From contig OY762226.1 of assembly GCA_963665465.1 (NCBI GenBank), forward strand, positions 5,713,612 through 5,777,611: a stretch of 64,000 bases of DNA, read 5' to 3'. Below, piece by piece: positions 34,318 through 42,296 of the stretch. The position numbers and the translations under genes were made by a program. The number at the start of each line of letters is the position of its first letter. The stretch's first letter is position 1. Below the pieces are notes generated by a model. It did not search any database, was not told the DNA's origin, and was given only the letters and a program-made list of their open reading frames with translations. The stretch is from Vicinamibacterales bacterium (GTDB lineage: Bacteria; Acidobacteriota; Vicinamibacteria; Vicinamibacterales; UBA8438).

Positions 34318-35664
34318 CTATTGCTGGTTCTGGTTCGTCGCGGCGGCCGCTTCCTGGACAGCCCGACGCTCGGCCAGCTCCTGCTCGTACTCCTCGTCGG
34401 TCAGGTCGTACCAGCCGAGCCACGCAAAGGCCATCTCGTCGATGGTGCGCCCGCCGTTGCCCGTCCAGTTCCTGGGATCCGGATTGGCCCGGAACGACTC
34501 CGTATTGTCGTGCCAACTGATGACGTGCGCCACGGTTCCGGCCGGCACGATGGGCGCCACGTCGTCGGCGTAGTTGTAGACCATGTGCCAGTTGTAGTCC
34601 CAATTGGCGCAGCTGACCATCTCCGTCTCCGCCGGCGATCCGGTCGACGGGTAGATCAGCTCGAAGCACTGGTACGTGCCGAGCGCGTGCATGTGCGGCT
34701 GGAACGCGGTGATGCGCGCCGCCTTGTGGAAGTACGTGTAGCCGTCGGTGCGGACCACCTTGCCGGGCGGAATGTCCAGGTCGGTGACGTGCTGGCCCAA
34801 CTGCTTCGACCAGCGGATGTGCTCGGGGACATGGCCCTTGGGGTGGAACACCATGCCGAGCTCGACCTTGGCGTCGATGTCCTCGCCGACGGAGTGGAGG
34901 TGGTAGTCCAGCCGCATGCGCCGCCACGACTCGAGGAGAAGACCCGAATTCTCCGGGTAGATCTCCGACTGCTTCCCGGAGGCGTACTCGACCAGGAACA
35001 TGGCCGCCGGAATGTCGGTCTCGCCGGCTTCCCGCATCTCCTGCTCGCCGGGGTCGACCGCGAAGGAGAGCGCGTGGTGCACCACCCGGCGCGACGCGTT
35101 GTCGGGCACGCGGGTCTGGATGGCCTTGATGTAGCGGTCCTCGTCCAGATCGAGATCGGTATAGATGTTGCCGAACAGATCCGGCCCCTCCGCCGGCACC
35201 AGATAGGGCGGGAACTCGACGACCAGGTCGGGCTCGCCGATCTGCCACTCGGACGCGTCCGCGAACTCGACCGGCGGCGGCATGTCCTCGGGATTGCCCC
35301 GCGGCGCCCCGTTGTCCACCCACTCGGCCACCAGCGCGATCTCCGCGTCGCTCAACGAGGTGTCGTTCTTGAACTTCTGGATGCCGATGTTCTTGTCGAT
35401 ATGCCAGGGCGGCATCTCGCGATTGACGACGCGGGCCCTGATCGAGCGCGCCCAGGGTCTGACTTCCTGGTAGGTGACCAGCGACATCGGGGCCATCTCG
35501 CCCTGGCGGTGGCACACCTGGCAGGAGCGCTGCAGGATCGGCGCGATGTCCTTGGTGAACGTGACCTCGTCCGACGCCGGGTTCTGCGCCGACGCCAGCG
35601 CCGGTGCGGCGACCAGCGCCGCGAGCAACGCGACACGCGTCAAACCCTGAACATGCTGGGACAT
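34318..35664 (-). CDS. Heme c motif + copper type II ascorbate-dependent monooxygenase (PHM/DBH)-like domain protein, secreted
   Basis: AAGGAGAG RBS precedes ATG 35664, followed by a signal peptide. DIAPILQRSCQVCH is a PSCyt-type CxxCH motif. Ordered His/Met motifs VVHHAL, DYHLH, QPHMHALG and WHMVY follow the HH..H / HxH..M copper-site pattern. Confidence 0.7.
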   Translation of the reverse strand: MSQHVQGLTRVALLAALVAAPALASAQNPASDEVTFTKDIAPILQRSCQVCHRQGEMAPMSLVTYQEVRPWARSIRARVVNREMPPWHIDKNIGIQKFKNDTSLSDAEIALVAEWVDNGAPRGNPEDMPPPVEFADASEWQIGEPDLVVEFPPYLVPAEGPDLFGNIYTDLDLDEDRYIKAIQTRVPDNASRRVVHHALSFAVDPGEQEMREAGETDIPAAMFLVEYASGKQSEIYPENSGLLLESWRRMRLDYHLHSVGEDIDAKVELGMVFHPKGHVPEHIRWSKQLGQHVTDLDIPPGKVVRTDGYTYFHKAARITAFQPHMHALGTYQCFELIYPSTGSPAETEMVSCANWDYNWHMVYNYADDVAPIVPAGTVAHVISWHDNTESFRANPDPRNWTGNGGRTIDEMAFAWLGWYDLTDEEYEQELAERRAVQEAAAATNQNQQ

Positions 35665-35833
35665 ACGAACTCTCCTTTGCGTGGCGGGATGCACGGCTGC
35701 GCCCATGCTTCCTGAGCCCAGTACTTTACCATAGCTCGTTGCGGCTCGTCAGCGGGCGGGGACGGGTTCGCGTGTGGCGCGCGGCAGCCGGAGTTGCTAC
35801 AGTAACGGCGGCGAACGGTTGGGAAATGACCGG

Positions 35834-36262
35834 ATGGCTGACGAGTTGCAGGTGTCTATTCCGGGACGCTTGTCGGAGGTCGACGCCGTGGCGCGCCGGG
35901 TGGAGGAGTTCGGGGACGCGCTCGGTCTGCCGGGACCCAAGGTCTACGTCATCAACCTGGCGCTGGACGAGCTGATCACGAACGTGGTGTCGTACGGCTT
36001 CGGGGGCGTGTCCGAGCCGGAGATCCGGATCACGCTGCGAGTGGAGGGCGCCGCGCTCGTGCTGATCGTGGAGGACAACGGGCAGCCGTTCGACCCGACG
36101 CAGGAGGTGCCGACCGATACCACGTCGCCGTTGGCAGAGCGGCCGATTGGCGGCCTGGGCCTGCACCTGGTGAAGAGCTTCGCCAATCGTCTGTCATACG
36201 AGTTCGCGGACGGTCGGAACCGAGTGATCGTGGAGCATGACCTCGCATCGCCGTCGGCCTGA
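35834..36262 (+). CDS. RsbW/SpoIIAB-like anti-sigma factor serine kinase (HATPase_c_2)
   Basis: INLALDELITNVVSYGF...LIVEDNGQPFDP...ERPIGGLGLHLVKSFANRLSY is the N, G1 and G2 box pattern of RsbW-type kinases. Confidence 0.8.
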   Translation: MADELQVSIPGRLSEVDAVARRVEEFGDALGLPGPKVYVINLALDELITNVVSYGFGGVSEPEIRITLRVEGAALVLIVEDNGQPFDPTQEVPTDTTSPLAERPIGGLGLHLVKSFANRLSYEFADGRNRVIVEHDLASPSA

Positions 36263-36301
36263 GGGTCCGACGGCGGATCCGGACGGACGGGGTGACGAAC
36301 C

Positions 36302-36640
36302 ATGGACATTGAAGTCGCAGAAGAGCGGGACGCCGACGCCCTGGTGTTGCTGCCGGTCGGGCGCCTGGACAGCGCGAACGCGCGCTCCTTCGAGGCAATC
36401 GTGATGGAACGGATCGGCGCCGGTGAGCAGCGCATGGTCGTCGATTTCAGCCGCCTCAACTTCATCAGCAGCTCGGGGATGCGCGTCCTGCTGCTGGCGG
36501 CCAAGCAGTTGCACGCCAGCAAGGGCACGCTGGTGCTGTGCTCGATGCAGGAACACATCCACGAGGTCTTCCGGATCAGCGGCTTCGACCAGATCATTCC
36601 GATCCGGGACTCGCGCGAGGCCGCGCTGGCCGGCAGCTGA
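36302..36640 (+). CDS. STAS-domain anti-sigma factor antagonist (RsbV/SpoIIAA-like)
   Basis: LVLLPVGRLDSANARSFE...VVDFSRLNFISSSGMRVLL...LVLCSMQEHIHEVFRISGFDQIIPI is the typical STAS domain with the phosphorylatable DFISSSG serine motif. Confidence 0.85.
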   Translation: MDIEVAEERDADALVLLPVGRLDSANARSFEAIVMERIGAGEQRMVVDFSRLNFISSSGMRVLLLAAKQLHASKGTLVLCSMQEHIHEVFRISGFDQIIPIRDSREAALAGS

Positions 36641-36708
36641 CGCACGACTGCTCCGTAGGGAGACCCCCTCGGGCTTGGCGTGCGCCCCCGGTCCGGCTCC
36701 TGCGTCGT

Positions 36709-36785
36709 CGCGCCTCGGCGGAAGCGGCGCGGGGCGAAGGGGCCCCCGCAAGCGAACGCCGGGGGTCCGGGGCGCAGCCCCGTCT
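36709..36785 (+). repeat. Dispersed intergenic repeat, copy C (77 bp)
   Basis: It matches copy B at 74 of 77 positions and ends 8 nt before ATG 36794. Confidence 0.85.
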
Positions 36786-36793
36786 GAATAACG

Positions 36794-37600
36794 ATGCCGA
36801 AGGACGAACTGCGCATCTCGCTGTCGCCCCCGCGATTGTCGGCGCTGAGCAGCCTGTCGCAGATGGTCGAGCACTTCGGCGCGTCGCAGGGGCTGCCCGC
36901 GTCGAAGATCTACATGATCAATCTCGCGCTGGACGAGTTGGTCACCAATTCCGTGGGCTACGGCTTCGAGGGGGTCGCCGATCCCCGCATCGAGATCACG
37001 ATGTGGGTCAGCGGCACGCTGCTGGTGCTGACGATCGTCGACAACGGGCGCGAGTTCGATCCGTTGGCGCGTGCGGATCCCGATGTGTCGTCGCCGCTCG
37101 AGGAGCGGCCTGTCGGCGGTCTGGGGCTGCACCTGGTCCGGACGTTCGCCGACCGCCTGACCTACCGGTTCGCCGACGGGCGGAACTGGTTGACGCTGGA
37201 GCACAACCATGCGCCGGGGAGGCAAGAGACGGAGCCGGCCGAGGAACGGGACATGCCGATGGATATCGAAGTTGCGGAAGAACGGAATGACGACGTGCTC
37301 GTGCTGCTGCCCGTTGGCCGGCTGGACAGCGGGAACGCGCGTTCGTTCGAGTCGGTCGTCATGCAGCGCATCAGCGGCGGCGAGCAGCGCCTGATAGTCG
37401 ACTTCAGTCGTCTCGACTTCATCAGCAGCTCGGGCCTGCGAGTGCTCCTGATTGCCGCCAAGGCGTTGAAGGCCGACGCCGGGACGCTCGTGCTCTGCGG
37501 CATGAAGGCGCACATCGAGGAGGTCTTCCGCATCAGCGGCTTCGACCGCATCATTCCCATCAAGGAGTCGCGCGAGGCGGCCCTGGAAGCTGCCGTCTGA
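36794..37600 (+). CDS. Fused RsbW-like kinase + RsbV-like STAS antagonist (single 268-aa ORF)
   Basis: The N-terminal half is paralogous to 35834-36262 (INLALDELVTNSVGYGF, IVDNGREFDP, ERPVGGLGLHLVRTF). The C-terminal half is paralogous to 36302-36640 (MDIEVAEERND..., DFISSSGLRVLL, EEVFRISGFDRIIPI). No in-frame stop lies between the halves. Confidence 0.75.
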   Translation: MPKDELRISLSPPRLSALSSLSQMVEHFGASQGLPASKIYMINLALDELVTNSVGYGFEGVADPRIEITMWVSGTLLVLTIVDNGREFDPLARADPDVSSPLEERPVGGLGLHLVRTFADRLTYRFADGRNWLTLEHNHAPGRQETEPAEERDMPMDIEVAEERNDDVLVLLPVGRLDSGNARSFESVVMQRISGGEQRLIVDFSRLDFISSSGLRVLLIAAKALKADAGTLVLCGMKAHIEEVFRISGFDRIIPIKESREAALEAAV

Positions 37601-37637
37601 CGCACGCCGCCATGCGCGGCGGCGTGCGTCAGCCTGG

Positions 37638-38297
37638 TTACGGCTGGTATTCCCGCAGCACGCGGGCCAGCTCCTCCTCTTCGGCGGCCCAGACCGCCTG
37701 GATCGTCCGCAGCCCCGCTTCGGCGGTGGGTTCCTGGCGGGCGAGCCGGCGGTTGTTCTCGAGCAGCAGCCCCCGCTCGGTCGCCTGGTCCAGGAATCTG
37801 AACAGCAGGTCGTAGTAGCCGTCTATGTTGACGAAGACGCAGGGCTTCTCGTGCAGCTCGAGCGGCTTCTGCGCCCAGGTGAGGGCCTCGAACATCTCCT
37901 CCAGCGTTCCGAAGCCGCCCGGCAGCGCCAGACATCCGTGACACAGCGACTGCATCTTGTATTTCCGCTCGTGCATGGTGTCGACGACGAAGAGGCGGCT
38001 CAGCCCCTCGTGGGCGAGCTCCTGATACGACAGCTGGCGGGGAACGACGCCTGTCGCGAACCCGCCGTTCGACAGCACGGCGTTGGCGAGCACGCCCATC
38101 AGGCCGACGCGTGCGCCGCCGTACACCAGGCCGACGCCGTCGGCCGCCATCAGGCGCCCCAGCGTCTCCGCTTCTTCCACGTAGCGTTTCTCGTAGCCGA
38201 CATGCCCGCCCAGGTAGACGCAGATGTGCTTCATGTTGTCCGGTGCCTTCGCGGCGTCGCGCCGGGCGTGCGGATGCGATTCGCCGCCGGTCGCCAT
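37638..38297 (-). CDS. LOG-family (TIGR00730) nucleotide phosphoribohydrolase
   Basis: ICVYLGG, GLVYGGARVGLMG and PGGFGTLEEMFEALTW are the LOG/lysine-decarboxylase-like family motifs. An alternative start is ATG 38234 (MKHICVYLGG). Confidence 0.8.
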   Translation of the reverse strand: MATGGESHPHARRDAAKAPDNMKHICVYLGGHVGYEKRYVEEAETLGRLMAADGVGLVYGGARVGLMGVLANAVLSNGGFATGVVPRQLSYQELAHEGLSRLFVVDTMHERKYKMQSLCHGCLALPGGFGTLEEMFEALTWAQKPLELHEKPCVFVNIDGYYDLLFRFLDQATERGLLLENNRRLARQEPTAEAGLRTIQAVWAAEEEELARVLREYQP

Positions 38298-38301
38298 CGC
38301 G

Positions 38302-39585
38302 TCAGTCCTCTTCGTCCTGTTCCGGCATGAGCACGAACTCCGGATAGGCTTCGATGCCGAGCTCGGCGACGTCGCCGCCGAGCTCCTCCGCCCGTCGCGA
38401 CACGCGTGCGCCGACCGTTTTTTCGAGGGCGAACCAGGTGAGCCACGAGCTGGCGAACACGAACGCCCCGATGGCGACGACGCCGAGCAGTTGCACGCCG
38501 ATGTTGGCGCCGGCGGCGATGCTGGCCGCCACGGTGCCCCAGGCGCCGGCGAACAGGTGGGCCGGCACGGCGCCGACGACATCGTCCACCTTCACCCTCT
38601 CCAGCAGCTTGATGCCGGCCGTGCAGAGGATGCCGCCGGTAGCCCCGATGATGATGGCCCAGTAGTGGCTGACGAGGTCCGGCCCGGCGGTGATGGAGAC
38701 CAGCCCCGCGATGGCGCCGTTGAGGCCGGCCAGCAGGTCGACCCGGCCGAGGAGCGGTCGCGAGACCGCGATCGCCGCGATGACGCCGGCCGCTCCCGCC
38801 AGGTTGGTGTTGACGAGCACGTGGCTCATCGCCACGACGTCGGCCGCGCTGGCGAGCGCGAGCTGGGAGCCGCCGTTGAATCCGAACCACCCGAACCAGA
38901 GGATGAAGACGCCCAGCGTCACGGCCGGCACGTTGGACGGCGGCGTCGTCAGCACGCCGCCGCTCCGCGGGAACTTGCCGCGTCGCGGGCCGACCACGAG
39001 CGCGCCCGCCAGCGCCGCCCAGCCGCCGGTCCCGTGGACGATGGTCGAGCCGGCGAAGTCCTGGAACCCGAGCGCGTCGAGCCAGCCGCCGCCCCACGTC
39101 CAGGCGCCGACGATCGGATAGATCACGGCGGTCAGCACGAGCGTGAAGGCGAAGAACGACCAGAGGTGGACACGCTCGGCGAGCGTGCCGGAAACGATGG
39201 AGGCGGCGGTGGCCACGAAGACCATCTGGAAGAACCAGTCGGACATGGTGGAGTAGTCGTTCGCGATGACCGCGGCGCGCGCCTCCGCGTCGCCCGCCAG
39301 CAGGGCGACCTCGTCGGGCGACGGGCCGCGAAGGAACGAGAACGATCCGACGAGCCCGCCGACGTCGACGTACATGAGGTTGTAGCCGACGAGGTAGTAG
39401 GCCAGCCCCGCGATGGCGTAGAGGCCGATGTTCTTGAGGCAGATGACCGAGGCGTTCTTCGTCCGCACCGAGCCGGCCTCGAGCATCGTGAAGCCGGCGC
39501 ACATCCACATGACGAGGGCGCCCCACGCGAGAAACGAGAACGTGTTCAGGATGAACTGCAGCTCGTCGGCCGGAAGCTCACGCAT
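38302..39585 (-). CDS. amt: Ammonium transporter
   Basis: GGAGAGGAG RBS precedes ATG 39585. FILNTFSFLAWGALVMWMCAGFTMLEAGSVRTKN...DFAGSTIVHGTGGWAALAGALVVGPR...FGWFGFNGGS are canonical Amt/MEP motifs. Confidence 0.9.
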   Translation of the reverse strand: MRELPADELQFILNTFSFLAWGALVMWMCAGFTMLEAGSVRTKNASVICLKNIGLYAIAGLAYYLVGYNLMYVDVGGLVGSFSFLRGPSPDEVALLAGDAEARAAVIANDYSTMSDWFFQMVFVATAASIVSGTLAERVHLWSFFAFTLVLTAVIYPIVGAWTWGGGWLDALGFQDFAGSTIVHGTGGWAALAGALVVGPRRGKFPRSGGVLTTPPSNVPAVTLGVFILWFGWFGFNGGSQLALASAADVVAMSHVLVNTNLAGAAGVIAAIAVSRPLLGRVDLLAGLNGAIAGLVSITAGPDLVSHYWAIIIGATGGILCTAGIKLLERVKVDDVVGAVPAHLFAGAWGTVAASIAAGANIGVQLLGVVAIGAFVFASSWLTWFALEKTVGARVSRRAEELGGDVAELGIEAYPEFVLMPEQDEED

Positions 39586-39665
39586 CGTGTCGCTCCTCTC
39601 CTGGTGTCTCGTGGCTGCCCGCACGACATCGGCGACGGCTGCCGGTCCGCGCGGCGGTCATGGCA

Positions 39666-40640
39666 TCAGCTCGGCAGGGCGCCGTCGACCTCGTACCGTA
39701 CGTGGTCGATCATGACGAGATCGTGCAGCCCGAGGCACCGCGCCTGCATGCGGCGCAGGCGCTCCTCGCGGTCGTCGAGGCCGGCACCCGCAGGCCACGG
39801 CCGGCGGGCGGTCGCCACCAGCTCGGCCGCCAGCTCGCGGGCGGCGCCCGCCGGGTTGGGGCCCGGGGCGATGGCGCCCATCTCGACCGCCGCCGTCTCC
39901 AGCGAGCGGCAGAGCGAGCGCGACAACAGCGGATCGTCGACGAGCAGATCCAGCACCCGCTGCGGCCGCAGCTCGATGCCGAAGCAGCGCCGGTAGGCGT
40001 CGAAGGCGCCGCAGATGCGCAGCACGCCCGACCACTCGTCGTCGGCCGGATCGTCCCGCGTCCGGACCGCCTCCAGTTGTGCGAGCAGCAGCGCGATCGT
40101 CGACTGGGCCCGCTCGATGGCGCGGCCCAGTTGCAGGAAGCGCCAGCCGTCGTCGCGGTACATGGTGGCGTCCATGACGCCCAGGAAGGTGTCCACGTCC
40201 TGGGCGACCTGCGCGTAGAAGCTCTCGGGAGCGGCCTTCCAGATGTCCTGGATGCGCCGCTCCCGGAGGCGCAGCCAGGCCAGGTTCAGGCACGTCCACA
40301 TCTCGCCGCTGATGCAGTGGCGCGTCTGGCGCGCGTTCTCCCGGGCGTGCGAGAAGCAGTTCCTGATCGAGCCCGGGTTCGTGCGCTCGAAAGTGAGATC
40401 GTCGGCCAGCGTGAACGAATCGGCGAGCGCGAAGTCGTCGTCGGTGCCCGCGAAGCCGACGGCCGGACTGGGCGGCTGCCTGCCCGCTGCAGCGTAGAGC
40501 CGGCGCCACCCCAGGTTGATCTCGCGGACCGGCCGGTCGACCAGCACCTCCACCTGCACGCGCAGCAGGCGGCAGATGTGCTCGGTCCGCTCGATGTAGC
40601 GTCCCAGCCAGTAGAGGCTCTCCGCGCTGCGCGTCAGCAT
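39666..40640 (-). CDS. Alpha-E domain protein (DUF403)
   Basis: MLTRSAESLYWLGRYIERTEHICRLLRV is the hallmark N-terminus of alpha-E proteins, which are encoded after circularly permuted ATP-grasp genes. Confidence 0.85.
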   Translation of the reverse strand: MLTRSAESLYWLGRYIERTEHICRLLRVQVEVLVDRPVREINLGWRRLYAAAGRQPPSPAVGFAGTDDDFALADSFTLADDLTFERTNPGSIRNCFSHARENARQTRHCISGEMWTCLNLAWLRLRERRIQDIWKAAPESFYAQVAQDVDTFLGVMDATMYRDDGWRFLQLGRAIERAQSTIALLLAQLEAVRTRDDPADDEWSGVLRICGAFDAYRRCFGIELRPQRVLDLLVDDPLLSRSLCRSLETAAVEMGAIAPGPNPAGAARELAAELVATARRPWPAGAGLDDREERLRRMQARCLGLHDLVMIDHVRYEVDGALPS

Positions 40641-40641
40641 G

Positions 40642-42075
40642 TCAGTCCTGCAGGACCCACACGTCCTTGCCGCCGCCGCCCTGGCTGGAGTTCACGACGA
40701 TGCTGCCGCGCCGCAGCGCGACGCGGCAGAATGCGCCGGGCACGATGCGGGTCTCGCGGCCGGTGAGCACGAAGGGACGCAGGTCGACGTGCCGCGGCTC
40801 GGGCCGCCCATCGACGAGACAGGGTGCGCGCGAGAGCCGGAGCACCGGCTGCGAGATGAAACTGGCGGGATCCGCGCGCATCTCGCGGGCGTAGGCCTCG
40901 CGCTCTCCCGACGTGGCATGCGGCCCGACGAGCATGCCGTAGCCGCCGGATTCGCCGACGCGCTTCACGACGAGGTGCTCGAGATTGTCCAGCGTGTACT
41001 CGAGCTCCTCGGGACGCCGGCAGACGTGGGTCGGAACGCTCGCCAGGATGGGTTCCTCGTGCAGGTAGTAGCGGATCAGCTCCGGAACGTAGGGGTACAC
41101 GCTCTTGTCGTCGGCGACGCCCGTTCCCGGCGCGTTCGCGAGCGACACGTTGCCGAGCCGGTACGCTGCCAGCAGCCCGGGCACCCCGAGCAGCGAGTCG
41201 GAACGGAACGCGAGCGGATCGAGGAAGTCGTCGTCCACGCGCCGATAGATCACGTCCACCTGCCGCAGCCCTTCGGTGGTGCGCATGTAGACGAACCCGT
41301 CGCGGGTCAGCAGGTCGCGGCCCTCCACCAGCTCCGCGCCGATCTCGCGGGCGAGGAACACGTGCTCGTAGAAGGCCGAGTTCCAGACGCCGGGGGTCAG
41401 CAGCGCGATGCACGGGTCCGGCCGGTCCGGCGGCGCGATTTCCCGGAGCGTCGCGAGCAGCAGATTCCCGTAGTGCTCCACCTCGCGCACCCGGCAGCGG
41501 CGGTACAGGCGCCGCATGCTCGACTTGACGGCCTTGCGGTTGGCGATCATGTAGGACACGCCGGAGGGCACCCGCAGATTGTCCTCGAGCACGAGGAAGC
41601 CGTCGTTCGTGCGTACGACGTCGGTGCCGCAGACGGCCACCCAGGTGCCGTGAGGCGGAGAGAAGCCGCGCATCTCCGTGCGGTACTGGGGACAGTCGTG
41701 GACCATCTCCTGCGGGACGACGCCGTCCGCGATGACGCGGCCGGCTCCGTAGACGTCGGCCAGGAAGAGATTCAAGGTGCGGACGCGCTGGGCGAGGCCC
41801 GCCTCGAGCTGCCGCCACTCGGCGTCCGGCAGGGTGCGCGGCAGGCAGTCGATGGGGATGATGCGCTCGTCCGCCTCGTCGTCGCCGTACACCGTGAAGG
41901 TGATCCCCTCGTTCAGGAACGAGCGGGTGACCCGCTCCTGAATCTCGCCGAGCTCCGCGTCCGAGAGTCTGTTGAGGGCCTCGTGAATGCCGACGCTATG
42001 GGCCCGCGGGACGCCATCGGCCTGGAACATCTCGTCGTAGATGGCTGGGTCGATCTCGTACTTGCTGAAGTCCAT
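40642..42075 (-). CDS. Circularly permuted type 2 ATP-grasp protein (DUF404/DUF407)
   Basis: YDEMF...GVPRAH...LNEGITFTVYGDDEADERIIPIDCLPR...LANAPGTGVADDKSVYPYVPELIRYYL is the typical CP-ATP-grasp type 2 pattern. The stop of this gene and the start of the alpha-E gene are 1 nt apart. Confidence 0.85.
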   Translation of the reverse strand: MDFSKYEIDPAIYDEMFQADGVPRAHSVGIHEALNRLSDAELGEIQERVTRSFLNEGITFTVYGDDEADERIIPIDCLPRTLPDAEWRQLEAGLAQRVRTLNLFLADVYGAGRVIADGVVPQEMVHDCPQYRTEMRGFSPPHGTWVAVCGTDVVRTNDGFLVLEDNLRVPSGVSYMIANRKAVKSSMRRLYRRCRVREVEHYGNLLLATLREIAPPDRPDPCIALLTPGVWNSAFYEHVFLAREIGAELVEGRDLLTRDGFVYMRTTEGLRQVDVIYRRVDDDFLDPLAFRSDSLLGVPGLLAAYRLGNVSLANAPGTGVADDKSVYPYVPELIRYYLHEEPILASVPTHVCRRPEELEYTLDNLEHLVVKRVGESGGYGMLVGPHATSGEREAYAREMRADPASFISQPVLRLSRAPCLVDGRPEPRHVDLRPFVLTGRETRIVPGAFCRVALRRGSIVVNSSQGGGGKDVWVLQD

Positions 42076-42107
42076 GCGGGCCTCGCCGGAAGCCGAAATC
42101 CATTGCG

Positions 42108-42113
42108 ATTGTA
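42108..42113 (-). promoter_or_regulatory. -10-like hexamer TACAAT (minus strand) upstream of the ATP-grasp gene
   Basis: Forward ATTGTA at 42108-42113 reads TACAAT on the coding strand, 32 nt upstream of ATG 42075. Confidence 0.3.
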
Positions 42114-42284
42114 TACCCCGGCGGCGAGCTCGGGAACGCGGCGAGCGGGGAGGCCTCGCCGGCCGGGCGCCCGCTCGTCAACGGCGTGACGCTACCGGCG
42201 GCATCGCGGCCGGCATCCCGGCGCGGAGGCGCCGGTTCCCGCCCGGCAGGGGCGCAGGTCGGTGCTTTCCGCCGCCGGTGTTGA

Positions 42285-42290
42285 TACGAT
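42285..42290 (+). promoter_or_regulatory. -10-like hexamer TACGAT ending 6 nt before GTG 42297 (leaderless candidate)
   Basis: TTGATACGAT stands alone in GC-rich sequence and no SD follows it. Confidence 0.3.
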
Positions 42291-42296
42291 GGCCGC

